The notes under the pieces are model-generated. The model searched no databases. It had not been told where the DNA came from and was given only the letters and a program-made list of their open reading frames with translations. A stretch of DNA of 62,776 bases, counting the filler, from Sphacelaria rigidula (lineage: Eukaryota): assembly GCA_964200075.2 (NCBI GenBank). It is 10 parts of 10 records of this genome, joined end to end, with 100 filler letters (N's around TTAATTAATTAA, not from the genome) between each part and the next. Parts side by side here need not be neighbours in the genome. Positions count along the whole stretch, not along the records: positions 44,016 to 50,202 come from CAXNAA020021645.1; positions 50,303 to 56,489 come from CAXNAA020021646.1; positions 56,590 to 62,776 come from CAXNAA020021647.1; 7 more parts are not named here. One strand, 5' to 3'. Position 1 is the first letter of the stretch, and every line of letters starts with the position of its first letter. Made by a program: the position numbers and the translations under genes. Shown piece after piece: positions 45,388-57,928 of this stretch.

Positions 45388-47384
45388 TTAATAGCAACTC
45401 GCACAACAACCCTCATGTCTATTATAACGGCTTATGAGCTGCACACGGTAGAGCACTACTTTCACATCGACGTTACGGTAGGACCATCGACTACGGGAAG
45501 TGAAGGATGGACAATTATAATTGGGCCTCATTGTATAGAACGACAAATCACCTCTCCAATTGCCTCCGCTCCGCTGAGCGCCTTCACTCCACCGAAGTGA
45601 AACTGATGCCGAATCTTTCCCCAAAAGTCCAGAGAGGCATTCCCGCCTGTTTCCCAGTAGTACGGCTCTGCCTGAGATTGAAAAGTGTGTACAAGCAGTT
45701 TGCGAGCAAAGAGTATTTCGTGAATCTGGCTGATGCTTCATTGATTGGTCGGCTGCTGCTACGGACGCTATTTCAAGCACAGGCAACAAACGGTCAACAC
45801 GGGGCGGGCTTGTTTCCGAGGCAGTGTTATGACACAGGTCCGTCTGCATATGATGTCAGACAACTTGGGTTGGTTCTCCCGCGCGACACGATGCGGTGGG
45901 CGTACTGTCTGGACAAAAGCCGCCACCTGGGCATATTGTAGGTAGCACCCGAGTGGAAGGCGAAAGCGAAGACCTTGTCGAGACATGGGAAATTGATACT
46001 GCTGGTAATGGGGCTGCCAAACTCCCGACCTCCACAAGCTGTCTAGGTAGCTCAAAGACGGCGGTTTCGGCGCAAACTCGCGATCAGTACTCGCACATGG
46101 AGTTGTGCATGCTTTACAGCTCGGACGATCGTCGCCGGTTCGAATCACCAAATCGTCTGATTGCTCGAAAGAGATAAAAAAAGTCGACCGCTGGTCGACA
46201 AGGTTTCGTCGCACTTTTTGCGCCATTCCACTTGCCTGGGCTGCAACGCTGAAAACAAAGGATAAGGATCGGTTCGTACGGTACGAATCAATCACACTGA
46301 AGTCAAGTAATTTCCGGGCGAATCATGAATTCCCCCGACCCTTGCTCGGCATGCTTTTAGTCTTCAGCACTAAGACTGCACATGGTGTGTGCACGAACCG
46401 ACAAGTCACTGCGGTACTCTCCAATCTGGCGAGCATCGAACGCATTTCTGGTAGGTGAGGTCGATACTGGATATCACTCTCGGGTAGGACATGCAGGACA
46501 AGTACTGTGCCGCCCGAGTATGGCCTGTTTTTTTGCCCTGCTTTTCATCGACATTACACCGCAATCCACGACTACTCGATGACACCTTATTTCGGCAACT
46601 GTATTGATCATGGGGGATGCCAGTGGTTTGGCTTGCAGTCAAACATACCCCAGGCGTCGAGCGTACGCGGAGTTACCTGGCCGAGAGGAATGATGAAAAA
46701 TATGTTATGTCCCACATTCCCTAGCGCGGTCCACAGTAGTCATACTTCAAGCAGCAAAAGACATTTTCGATTGAAAGCGATGCTTCACTTTTTCGTTGCC
46801 ACGACTCATCGAGGTTTTTGTTCGATCCCCAACTCTGAGAATCGAGAGACATGAGTATCCGAAACAAGTTTCGAGAAAACAAATCTAGACCAACAGACCA
46901 ATTTTGATGTTTTGAACGCGATCGGTCGTACGAGTGAACAGCCCCCGATTCTCGCTCTTTGATGTTTTCGCTCGACCGAACCAATCCGGATCGTGATAAT
47001 GAAAAAACCCATGGCTTCAGTGTATTTACTCTCTCGATGTTTCTTTAATGCGCTACAGCCGAGAAACCGTGCTTTTGGGTCATATGCGGTCAATAACACC
47101 CCCTCGGCAAGCGGGGTTTTACTCCGTATCGTTCCGACAAAACAAAAATGGGAAACGTGCCCTGCGCACGACCTGCTTCATTTTCCAACGCATACCGACT
47201 CCCAAACTCTCGAGTGAATGTCAAAAATTGTCTGTGAAGAAATCCCGGTGGAGTAGACACCATATTTAAAGTTTGACTACTGTACTTGCAGGTCGCGTGT
47301 ACATGTAAGAGCGTGCAGGTCACGAACTCCTCGAGAACCAAAACACAATAAACCCGATTTCAAATACGTGTTGTCCTCATACAT

Positions 47385-47630
47385 GTGTTGCTTTGTGTTG
47401 CCATCCCATCTATTCTGGAGGCAAGTCTGCACCTCTCGGTGAATGCGGGCGCCTGAGCCGGAGTCGCACAGGAGGAAGGTCAACATAGGAGATATTTCGT
47501 TTTCATCTCGTTTAACCACTCCACCTCCCTTCTGCGGTGCTCGCCTTTCTTTTTTTCGCGAGAAGATATTGGCGGTCCCTTCCCCTCGTCGACTGTGAAG
47601 CGAAGATATAACACAACATAAACCCACCGA
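47385..47630 (-). mobile_element. SINE family 2 body and tail, 5'-truncated and diverged
   Basis: Reverse complement is colinear with ~15320-15555. Confidence 0.82.
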
Positions 47631-48740
47631 CATTGTCAATGGCATAGTGCTAGAGTATAAACAGCTAGAGAAATCGTTGTGGGTACGCAGACGCGTGTGC
47701 ACAGTACCGTAATGTCCGAAGACTGCAGACTGCCGGATTCGCGTGAGTTTTCGGAAGCACTCCGGCGATGCACACTGTAGTCTACAGTCAGTACGGTGTA
47801 GCACAGCACAGCATAGCGCAGCACAGTACTGTACCGCACACGCATCTGCGTGTCTAGATCGGTTGTTCTAGCTGATCATTTTCTCCAGCCATGCTTTTAT
47901 CAATGCCTGTCTTCATGTTGTGTTATCTGTGAGTGCAATACGTACTGAAAATTGGGTTTGCTGTGGATTCTTTCTCAAGGCGTTCGCGACCGGCACGCTT
48001 TTATTTGAACACCCGACCTGCAAATAGGCCGCGCCCTAGCTGAGCACGAGGTCACTGTCGTGGGACAAAGCTGTATCTCACAAGGGGTAGAGCATCCGTC
48101 GGACTTCAACATGCCAGTGTTACTCCCGTTCAATAATATGAAGGCTTTCTTTAATTAGAAGCCTCACTGTTTCGTCACATTTGTTCAAACGTGGTCATGC
48201 TCCACGGTGTTAATTGTACTAAGTTTAGAGGGACACACGTCCTTGGAAGAGAGGTGTCCACATAGCCACGTAAAGCTGGCGATAAGGGCAACGACCATGG
48301 CTGAGGAGTTGGGATGGCGAAGGACGCATGTCGCTGCGTAGATCGGGAGTGCTTAGTAACCAAAATACATCCAGCTACCCGAATTCAAGAGACAAAATTG
48401 GCACTTTGTGCATGTATCAGGCCGTGTTGTACTGGCTGTACGACGCGAACCACGCCTCGCCAGCGCTGCAGTGCCCACGATCCATCCGTGGCAATTAACC
48501 ACGTGAAAATTGCACTCTGCTGCCTTGTGAGACCAAGTGAGACGGTAAAAGACTCCGCGCAAGATAAACCAGGTGAATTTTGCTCAATGCTCAAACTATT
48601 TACGTGGGAGGCACGAGCACTCGAACTCCAAATTGATATCGATAGACGAAGATAGCTATGACCGCCTTCGTGATGATCAGTCTCCTGTGAAATCTGCTAC
48701 AGACTGCTTCACGGAAACGACCTAAAAAACACTCATCGGC

Positions 48741-49440
48741 GAAACTTCATGCCGTTTTAAGAAGTTAGACCCTGAAATTTTGCACGAATGTCCTATGGGT
48801 CATTATGCAATTTTCCAAGGCCGAGTGCTTTTTTACTTCTTTACTTCTTACACCGTTTTGGGGAGTCTCAGTTTTTTCGGGGAGACTTCGATCCAGTCGG
48901 ACCCCCATAAAATGGTATGAACGAAAAAAATGAAAATAAAACCTCGTGCATGCAAAGTTTCGTAATTACCCATAGAACACCTGTGCAAAATTTTAGGGTC
49001 TAACTCCTTGAAACGGCGTGAAGTTTTTCGCGTTTGTGCAATGAACCTTGCCATGCACGGTGAAACAGCGAACTACTAAATTTGAATATGAAAAAAGCGT
49101 TTTTCTGGGCCGTCTTTGGCGTGAACATCGACATTCAAGCATCAGTTTATCGACTTTGGCCACGAAACTTCGTGAGGCTCTTCCTTGGGTTTTGTGGCGA
49201 CAGGGCGTTTGCGAAAAAATGAAGAAAATATCGTGGTGTCGGTTTTCCAGGGCCCCAAAATGAGTGACTTCGGAAAAACGACTTGGATCCCGTCGGACCC
49301 GAGAAGCGGTAAAAAAAAAGTCAAGAAGCAGGAAAACCTCGTTGACAGCAACTTGCGTCATGATTTATAGCATATTTGCGCAAATTTTCAGCGTCTAACT
49401 CCTGCTAACTGCGTGAAGGTTCGCGCGTTTGTGCGAGGAT
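48741..49440. repeat. Degenerate complex repeat: ~130-bp-arm inverted repeat (48741-49026) plus a direct repeat with ~395-bp period
   Basis: GAAACTTCATGCCGTTTTAAGAAGTTAGACCCTGAAATTTTGCAC matches the reverse complement of ~48985-49026; 48885-49045 recurs at 49280-49440. Confidence 0.75.
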
Positions 49441-50020
49441 GTGAGCTTAAAACGTGCAAACTCCCACCAATTTGGTTCTAGTATGAAAACATCCTAATTG
49501 GGTGAATTTTACGTCAAGGCAGGAAATGTTGTATGAGATTTTCGAGTTTCTCCATCAAACTTCGTACATGTATTCCTTGGACTATCCCGGGACGCATCAT
49601 GTTAATCTTTTTTCTTTTGAGTCATTCTGTACCGCCTGCCGGGGGTGCTTGTACTGGGACCCCCGGAAGCCGGTAGAGAACGGAGAAACTTTGACATCTT
49701 GCCAAGAAAACCATTTCTCCATTTTGAGCGTCAATACCTACAGAACTGCCACGTTTGAGGGTGATACGAGCTTTTGTACAACAGGTATAACTGAAATCGT
49801 CACGAGGATCCCTGAGTCTTTCGTACGTATCACGAGTGGAAGTAAGACGACGCCAAACTCCACATCACCGAAACATTACAGTTTCGGGTATGATTCGACC
49901 CCGTTGGAACCGTTTTCAAATATTCTTCTCCCGTTAGATTCCTGAAGTGGTGACAGTCACTACGATTTGAAGCATGTGGAGATTCAGTGGAAATTGGCCT
50001 TGGAATTCGTATTTTCAATT

Positions 50021-50202
50021 CCGGTCGTCCCGGTGACTCAGTTGGTAACCTCGTAACCTCCTGACGGTTGAGTAGTGCGGTTCGATTCCCGGAGCGATCT
50101 GGGATTTCTCTTACACCATGCCCGACAGTGGAGAGCGACGATGTCGTGGGTGCAAAAAATTCGACTTAACGGTCGACGAGGGAAAGGGACTGCTGAACCC
50201 CT
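50021..50202 (+). mobile_element. SINE family 2 head and core, cut by the contig edge
   Basis: A box TGACTCAGTTGG, B box GGTTCGATTCC; colinear with 15204-15380. Confidence 0.88.
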
Positions 50203-50302
50203 NNNNNNNNNNNNNNNNNNNNNNNNNNNNNNNNNNNNNNNNNNNNTTAATTAATTAANNNNNNNNNNNNNNNNNNNNNNNNNNNNNNNNNNNNNNNNNN
50301 NN
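50203..50302. other. Artificial contig spacer
   Basis: 44N-TTAATTAATTAA-44N. Confidence 0.98.
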
Positions 50303-50718
50303 ATATGCAGGACACGTCATTCCTAACCAGCCTCGTTGGTCGTTCTGGAGGCCCAGTCCCAAAAGGGTTAAGGGAGAAAAAGAGAGGGAAAAAGCGGGTC
50401 TCGATGTAAAATAATGAAACAACTCAAGACGAAGGCCCACCCCTGTAGCATGACTTCAGGTGACAGACCGTGCGCAACACACACACACCGTATGGAAGCC
50501 AACTATTGTATAGGTGTACCGGTTCTTGTATGCGGCTGCTCCGCCTACACATAGAGATATCTCCTTGTGGTCTATCCATCTCATTACATCCGGGTATAGT
50601 ATGGAAGACCGTCATTTTACTTTTTTTCGGTTTTAATTTATCATCTTCTTTCTTCTTCATTCCCCATGTCTCGCCTCCATCGATCCCGCCGACCCTCTCA
50701 CCCGTGCTCNNNNNGATG

Positions 50719-50803
<85 letters not shown>

Positions 50804-51329
50804 TCTCGAGCTTCCCTTTTGTCAGCGCTTTCCGTTTTACTTTTATCACGAATAATGTCCTGGACGTGCACATATACGTCCATGTGATGACCACGGCTGG
50901 GTTCTTAGAAGATGATTTGTAACGCTATGCGCCACTAGGTAGCTACTCACGCAAGTGGCCGACCTGGGAGGTTGGTGAAATATGCCGTCACTGCGCAGTA
51001 CGATATATTTTTCTCCGTCTCCACTTGCCGCGTCGGTACTCGTTTTCTCACCGTGAAAGAAGTGTTTAGTCACCTACCCAGGTTGAGATGCTCCAGCGAT
51101 GCCCACCGACCTCTGTGGGTCAGTGAACGAAATATGTGACTGAAGCAGGCTCCTTCCCGGTCGTAGTAAAACGGAACGTTAACTCACGCTCAGCACGAGC
51201 AAGCAAAGGGTCGGCTGCACATTATCATTTTGGTAATATTTTAGTTGATTGCGTTTGTTCTTGTAAGTCGGCTGGAGTCTCAAGAAACAAAAATGATAGG
51301 AAGACTTCATGTCTTGTACGGAATAGCAG

Positions 51330-51430
51330 GGACGGTATTGCAAAGACGAGCCTAGCCTACGCCTGTGACCACGGGTTCGAGAGATCGGACCAATGTGCGG
51401 AAATAGTGAAAACAATGATCGACTACGGTG
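51330..51430 (+). CDS. Possible ankyrin-repeat exon or remnant (KTSLAYACDHG...AEIVKTMIDYG)
   Basis: Fits the ANK consensus T.L..A...G...IV..L...G; preceded by a CAG acceptor. Confidence 0.35.
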
Positions 51431-54019
51431 TACTGAGAACAACCGACAACAGTGAGAACAGTTTTGTATCAGATCTGTTTCTCGCCACCACCAGAAACAA
51501 GGTGGGGTCGAGATAGAACCGAGTGTCGGTGAATCGGAACACGTTCAAGAACCACTACTCGTACTGTTGTTGGCTGTCTTGCACACGCGAGTGCTCGCTG
51601 CCTTGCTCAATCAACACCGACGAGTGTAGAGTGCTTTCTCTCGGAGACTGAACACGACTCAGAGGTGGGGCCGGGGTTTTTGTCCTCACAGGTTGACTCC
51701 TACCATCCCGCTTCGTCGGTATCCGCCACCCCAGAGTCTCTGCTCCAACAAGTCGTCATCCGCCGACACAAACCTCAGATTTCTACGACATCGTATCATG
51801 CTGTGATTTACTGTACTGTACTGTGGACAACAGACAACATTGGCGAGAATTTTTCTGCGTATAGTGTCAAAATCAGTTGTGGGGGGGACGGGGGGCTATC
51901 GCGGTTTCACTCCCAACCCGATACTACATCTTCGACGTGCCTCGAGCGAAGCCGCTCATTTTTCGATAAAAGAGAACCATCCCAGGAGATACTCGAAGTT
52001 TTGGAGAGCTGCTTAGTGCTCCGTGTCCGCCTGAGCCTATTGCGGTGTTCGGCCAAAAGTCCAATGCTTGTTCCCGGTGCGCAGCTTAGAGCCAAGGACG
52101 AAATACTGTCTTGACATTCATAGAGAAGGGATTTCCCTAACGGGGCAATTCCTCATATTGCAGAACAAAAAAAGGTGAAAAAAAGGTGAAAAAATGGATT
52201 TTTTCCCGTCTCTCTCGAAAAGTAAATTGCCGCAGAAGAAAAAACCCGACGCTAGATTTCGGAGAAATTTGTTGTTAATCCTGAAACTATCCATCGCCTG
52301 ACTTGGTTGAGAAATTAGCTCTCACATTTATTGGAATTTCCTTTCCCTCCGGAAAAATCGAGGGGAAACAGACCCGTCAATGATACCCCCAAGAAGTGTG
52401 AAGATTGTTTTCTCAAGTTTTGCTTAGCACAGCGAGACCACCTTCTTGGCCGATCACAGCGTTTCCTGCGTAGGATCGCGTTGGTACAGGTTAGGGCGCA
52501 CTACGTCCGCGCGCGCGAGGGGGGTGATATGCCACGATAGTGACGATGACGCCGCCTTAATATTACTTTTTCTCCTCAAAGGGAGGAGAAAACCTACACC
52601 AGCAAGTGCATCACCCAGACGAGGTGTACGACAAGAACGCACAGGCTAGACCGACTGCGGGGAGCTCATCCGCAGCCCAGCGACCTGAGGAGGCTCAATT
52701 TCCGGTCACGTCCTGCAGCCACATGGGTCAGATGCGCTGCTCAGACTTGCTGCACGTGTTACCGTGCAGGCTGAGTCGGCTGCGGCAACAGATGCTGACA
52801 GACCAAGTCTGATCCGCAGGAAGAATTGTACGATATGCCCCTCCAGACTCTGCTGCGCAGCAAACGCGCAGACTCTCAGTGGTGGAAATATCGTGTGATA
52901 TCCCGTTGATTGAAGTAAAACACGTCGAGCACGAATGGTCGATACGTGGAAACCGACAAACAATGTGCACAGCTCTAGCTCTATGCGCCGACCGGAACCG
53001 GCTAGACATCATGCCCCTAAATGCTCTACACAGCAGTGACGGAACCGTACGGAATGTGTAGCCTTGAACTCCAGGTGATCAGCCCGGGTCCAAAAATCAA
53101 GCAGGTTGACTCGATGTAGACCTCCCGTCAAAGGCCCCATCTCCGAGAGAAACCGATCTTCGATGAACAGCAGTTCGGAAGCAGAGATCCGTCGTGGATC
53201 GCGATCCGGGATTGCTGAAGACGTCGCTCCCCGAAGTATACCGGCGCCACGCGTGACACGTCGAGGCTCATAACACATCACAGGAATTGTGATGTGTTCC
53301 CACGCAGATGGTGGCAGAGGCTGACGCCCACCGACCTTGGTCGATGTGATAGCTCGGAGAGCTTGTGGCAGCAGAAATGCGGCAGTATTTCAGTGCAGAA
53401 TAAGATGCTTCGATGCTGTAAACACGGCGCTTGCGGCCAACGCAGACAGAGACAGACAGATAGACTGGTGGTAGTCTAGGCAAAACGGTGATAGTACTCA
53501 GGATATAGCAAGGATAGCTTTAGTAACTAGAACACCCAGAGAGATCACAAAGAGTGAGGCCTAAGTCGTCGAGAACCAGTGTTGTACAAAATTTAGCAAT
53601 AATCCCTCCGCATACGTTACATGTCAACCGACACTAATCGCATCGATTACCCATGGTTCCAGTACATGAGCTACATATAACAGTGCTACTGAACATTCAT
53701 CATGGGCATATAGAAGATGTTTGGACATTTCCATAGCACAGTTTTATTGTTAAGCCGGTTAGACGTGAATGAAACTGGGCGCTTATTTTCGATAACCTAG
53801 TGGGAACAGCAGCCGCGAGATGAACAGCTCCCGTTTTTGTTCATGTCTAACCGGCATAAGGAATAGGCTCATCATCAATGGATGGAGTCTAAGTCCACCT
53901 GCAGAAGGAGGCGAAAATGGCGTGGAGAAGAGAAAAGAGAGAGGCTCATTATCGGAGAACGGGCCATGGTATAGTCATACTGTAGTGCGTCACACCCATA
54001 ATACAAGCAACCTGTACAG

Positions 54020-56123
54020 TCAGACTCACGCGCGATCACGAATATTGACTGGATGTTTTTACGCTGGTTTGACGAGGGTTTTGACGAGGCAACATGGGCC
54101 ATACCGGCATTTAAAAAATTTGTCGAAGACGGTGCGGAGCCCAAAAAACTGGCGTTGTTCATTAGCCATGTGGTATATACAGCATCGGGGGCACCGTATC
54201 GGACCGCCCACCGTACCGATATGGCGCTGAAGCACATAGCCGAAAGTCCTGAGAATATCACCCGAGGGGTGTCATTGTTCAAAGGGGGGTGGTATTTAGT
54301 GTACGGGGTTTTAATTGAAACTCGCAGTTGTTCCGTACGGTATACTTTTTGTGTGATGCGTTTGTCAGTTGGGGGTTATGCGGTAGATGGTACGTGAAGC
54401 CACGCCTATAGTGTTGTTTTTAGGCTCGATACCCACATTGACCATGAAGGACCCCGTATGGGGTTGGCGTCGGTTGGCGATGACGCTATACTACACGCCC
54501 CTCACGGCGTAAGCTCGGCAACCAGGTTACCGGGTTTTTTTGCGCGCGCTTGCGTTTTATCTTGTGGTAACCATGATGGTAGTCGAGCTAGATCATGTTG
54601 TGCGGGGTGAGAGAACCTCAACGCCGCGCAAAGTAGATGATCGTACTACGTAGTGTTTAAACGGTGAGACAACCATGAGGCAGTGTCAAAGCCGTGGCTG
54701 TCTCCGGAAGTGGCGATACCACAAAATAAAGCAACTCATTGTAGGCTGTCATTTAAAGGCAAGAAAATCCGTACGCTACGGGCCAAACAATTTTAGCAGG
54801 ATGCAGCTCACCCTTCATGCAACTCGCCGAACACAACACGGCGCTTCGCGCTTGGTGATTGATTGCGAGCCCGGTCCGTCGAAAACCTAGCGTGCTCNNN
54901 NNNNNNNCGAGGTCAATGGTCTCATGACTATGGTATGCAAGATCATGAAAGCAAGAACTTTGAAGGTGATGCAGCAGCATGGTTGGCCATGTGCTCATGG
55001 AGATACCCGAATCGTGTGTGTGTGTGTGTGTGAGTTAATATCCAAGTCATGAACTTTGAGAACTAGGCGCGGAGTAGAAATTGTGTGTGGATTTTTTTTA
55101 AATAATGTTATCGTTTTCATCCTTCATCGTGAGACACGCTGTATTTAAGCCTGCTTTTCCAAAGCTCCAGCAATTTTTTCATGCTGCTTCCTTCCTTTGT
55201 GCGTGCGTGCGTTCGTGTGAGCGTGACATATGAGACACGTTATTCGTTTTTGACGAAGAGAGAAGTTTCAGGAACGGTCGAACCCGCTTTACCGAAGAAC
55301 TTTTATGTGTTATACCGGGAAAAAACCGGTTTTCACTCGAAAAACGCGGGAAGTGTTTCCTTGACGACGTACAGATACTCACCTTTGCGTTTGATCATCA
55401 TAGATCCGAACCTGTGGAAGAAGCCTTCCTTCCCTGTAAACGGGGATATTTTTACTATCCAGGGCGTCCCTTACCTGTCTGGGCGCCGGAGTGGGTGGTA
55501 TCTGTTGAATCGGCATCATCTCCGCCACCCCACATGACTTCAAGACATGTAGATTACCTGTTCTGGCTTCCAAGTGGTCAAAGCGGGGATATGACTGTAC
55601 GGCTTTGCGATCGATCGTGCCCGCGAGAGAAAACAGCGGCATTTTTTTTTCTTTTCTTTGAAGCGATATTCGTTCGCGAGAGTGAGAATCTGACTCGATA
55701 TTCTCATGCAGTATCTCCCTACTTACGGGGAAAACGCCTCATGTGTGTGTGCTCGCGCGCGCGTGTACGTGTGTATGTGTATATATGTGTGTGTAATTTT
55801 CTCGGTTCGGGGGGAAAAGATGAAAGAGAGAGCTTCCTTTTTTCCCCAAGAGTCATGATTGTTTTGTTTTTTCTCCTGTTTGTTTTTGGCATTGGCTTTT
55901 TGTCTCTTGGTGTGTGTGTTTTTTGTCGGCGCAGGTGGTTAGCTTTTGGGAGCGTGCAGCCGCGAGCGTCGGAAATACCGTTCTGATCATCAGGCTGGTC
56001 AAGGGGGGCACGTTGTTCTACATGTGGAGCGAGTGCCTGTTCGGGCTGCTGGAAGAAACAGGACCCACGGTGGCGGCCGTGGCTGTGGCCGTCCGACCAG
56101 TCGCTGTTTACGGGTTTTGTACG
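54020..56123 (+). CDS. Internal exons of an unknown protein: ~54020-54288, 55272-55596, 55935-56123
   Basis: Open, phase-consistent exons (phase 2 then 0) with AG/GT sites; no family recognised. Confidence 0.55.
54440..54950 (+). repeat. Copy of the ~600-bp dispersed repeat, without the mini-MITE
   Basis: Colinear with 25255-25875. Confidence 0.85.
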
Positions 56124-56219
56124 GTGAGGGTCGAGATTTGATGAACGGAATTAGAATACACACACATACACACAAACACACACACACACACACATCAAAT
56201 TGTACCCCCTTCCCCCCTC

Positions 56220-56489
56220 ACTGGACCGGCGAAGACTCGGCGTGCTCCATCCCGACTTTGTAGGGATGCAAGGTCAATGGTCATTTGACTGTGGCATGCA
56301 AGATCATGAGTACCCTCCCCCCCTCCCTCCCCCCCCCCCGAACACGCTACGGCGCTTCGCGCTTGGTGATTGCGAGCCTGATCTGGCGAAAAACCAGCGT
56401 GCTCCGTCCTGGCTCTGTAGGGATGCGAGGTCAATAATTAGATGACTATGGAATGCATGATCATGAGTATACCTCCGCCCCCCCCCCCC
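56220..56489 (+). repeat. Tandem copies of a ~150-bp unit ending in ATGAGTA-polyC
   Basis: 56220-56339 and 56340-56489 are related to each other and to 25770-25965. Confidence 0.8.
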
Positions 56490-56589
56490 NNNNNNNNNNN
56501 NNNNNNNNNNNNNNNNNNNNNNNNNNNNNNNNNTTAATTAATTAANNNNNNNNNNNNNNNNNNNNNNNNNNNNNNNNNNNNNNNNNNNN
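56490..56589. other. Artificial contig spacer
   Basis: 44N-TTAATTAATTAA-44N. Confidence 0.98.
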
Positions 56590-57415
56590 GGGATTGATTC
56601 GTACGAGTCGAATCAGTTATACTAAAACCAGGTAATTTCCAGACGAATCATTATTTATCCGACCTTTGCAATCAACCCATCTCTCCCGCGGTTTCCGCCA
56701 TTGAAACGTGAAAAGGTGAGTATGGGAGGAAAATTGACAGAGTCCCGACGGCGCGGAAGTGCTGATCCCACCCGTGATACCAAACATAAGGTAGGTACTG
56801 GGGTGGAGATGGGCTGATTCATTGCAATTCCGGAGTTCTCCTGAGGAAGGGAAGGGAATCAACGTATGGATGAAGAAGGGAAAAAAAACAGTATCTCGAA
56901 ACGTCATTGGTCGAGGCCCAAGGCAAGGCAGTGATTCTCAGGCCCTTAACCCTAGACTACACCAAGCTCCGTATACATCTGGCACAATAAATTCAGTCCA
57001 GGACACTTCAGGGTTAAAAAAATTGCATGCAGCCCTGCGCTGGCGCGAAGATTTTGGCTGATTTGCGCGCAAGGCAGTTTTTGGGCGGGCTTTCGTGCGG
57101 CTAACCGTAAAAAAAAATTGGGCCGCATACTTTTCGCCGAAGGCGGAAAAGATTCTGCGGTCCCCTTTTCGCCGGAAGCGAAAGATTGTTTGGATGTCTT
57201 TTTTTTTCTCCTTCAGATTTTTGGGTGTATGTAACGGGTATTTTGAAGGGAAAAGCAAAAAAAAAAAAACTCTGCGGAGCCGCTCCGGGAGGGCCTACGT
57301 GGCCGGCGCCCTTTGGGGGTCCTCCGGGGGCCCTCCCGCGGGGCCCTGAGGGGGCCGCATATCGCCTTTTGCTCTGGTCTGCGCCAGCGCACGCCGAGCC
57401 TCTGTACTTTTTTAA

Positions 57416-57928
57416 CCCTGGTACACTGACTGTAGCATACGATGCAATACAGCTCGTACTTTGAAAGCTGGGGAGCGCTGCTCGCTGCCCAAGTTCAGGT
57501 ACAGCAGTAACTACGTGTCGAGTATAAAATAACGTTTCAGACCGCGCATTAATAGCGATCATCATGCACGAAGAGGCTACGCTTGATAAACTTTTTCGAG
57601 AAGCTTACATACAAGAAAAATGCACCAAGAGGACCAAATGTGTAGTAGCACTGTAGGGGTGTCGGCGAGTTCGCCAACAACCCATGGTTAGGCTCTGTCT
57701 TATCGAGACCAATACAATAAGCGTAGAACGAAACAAGCGTCGAAAATCGAGCATGTTGATTGATCCCCGCAACCATAGACCCGTCTCGCGAACAATAACT
57801 TGTTTCTTCTTTTTCGCTATTCTTCCTTGTCTCGACAAAGACAGGTTGACCACCAGGGTGAACGATCCGGGTCTTTCTTGTCTCAGTGAGAAGGATGCAA
57901 CATATGGCACACCGACGCAGTCAAAGGG
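57416..57928. mobile_element. Possible non-autonomous piggyBac-like element
   Basis: TTAA|CCCT ... GTCAAAGGG|TTAA; the right end matches ends at 39747 and 42841. Confidence 0.5.

Noticed and set aside
44900..46750. Possible decayed coding region or transposon ORF
   Set aside because: Coding-like composition, but stops in all frames and no motif I can recognise; needs tBLASTx
44016..50202. Contig 8 as one element with inverted terminal repeats
   Set aside because: The two ends are outward-facing SINE-2 copies where the assembly broke, not TIRs
50424..50922. Poly-Lys, poly-Phe and poly-Gly ORFs
   Set aside because: Translations of a T/C homopolymer next to an N gap; low-quality sequence
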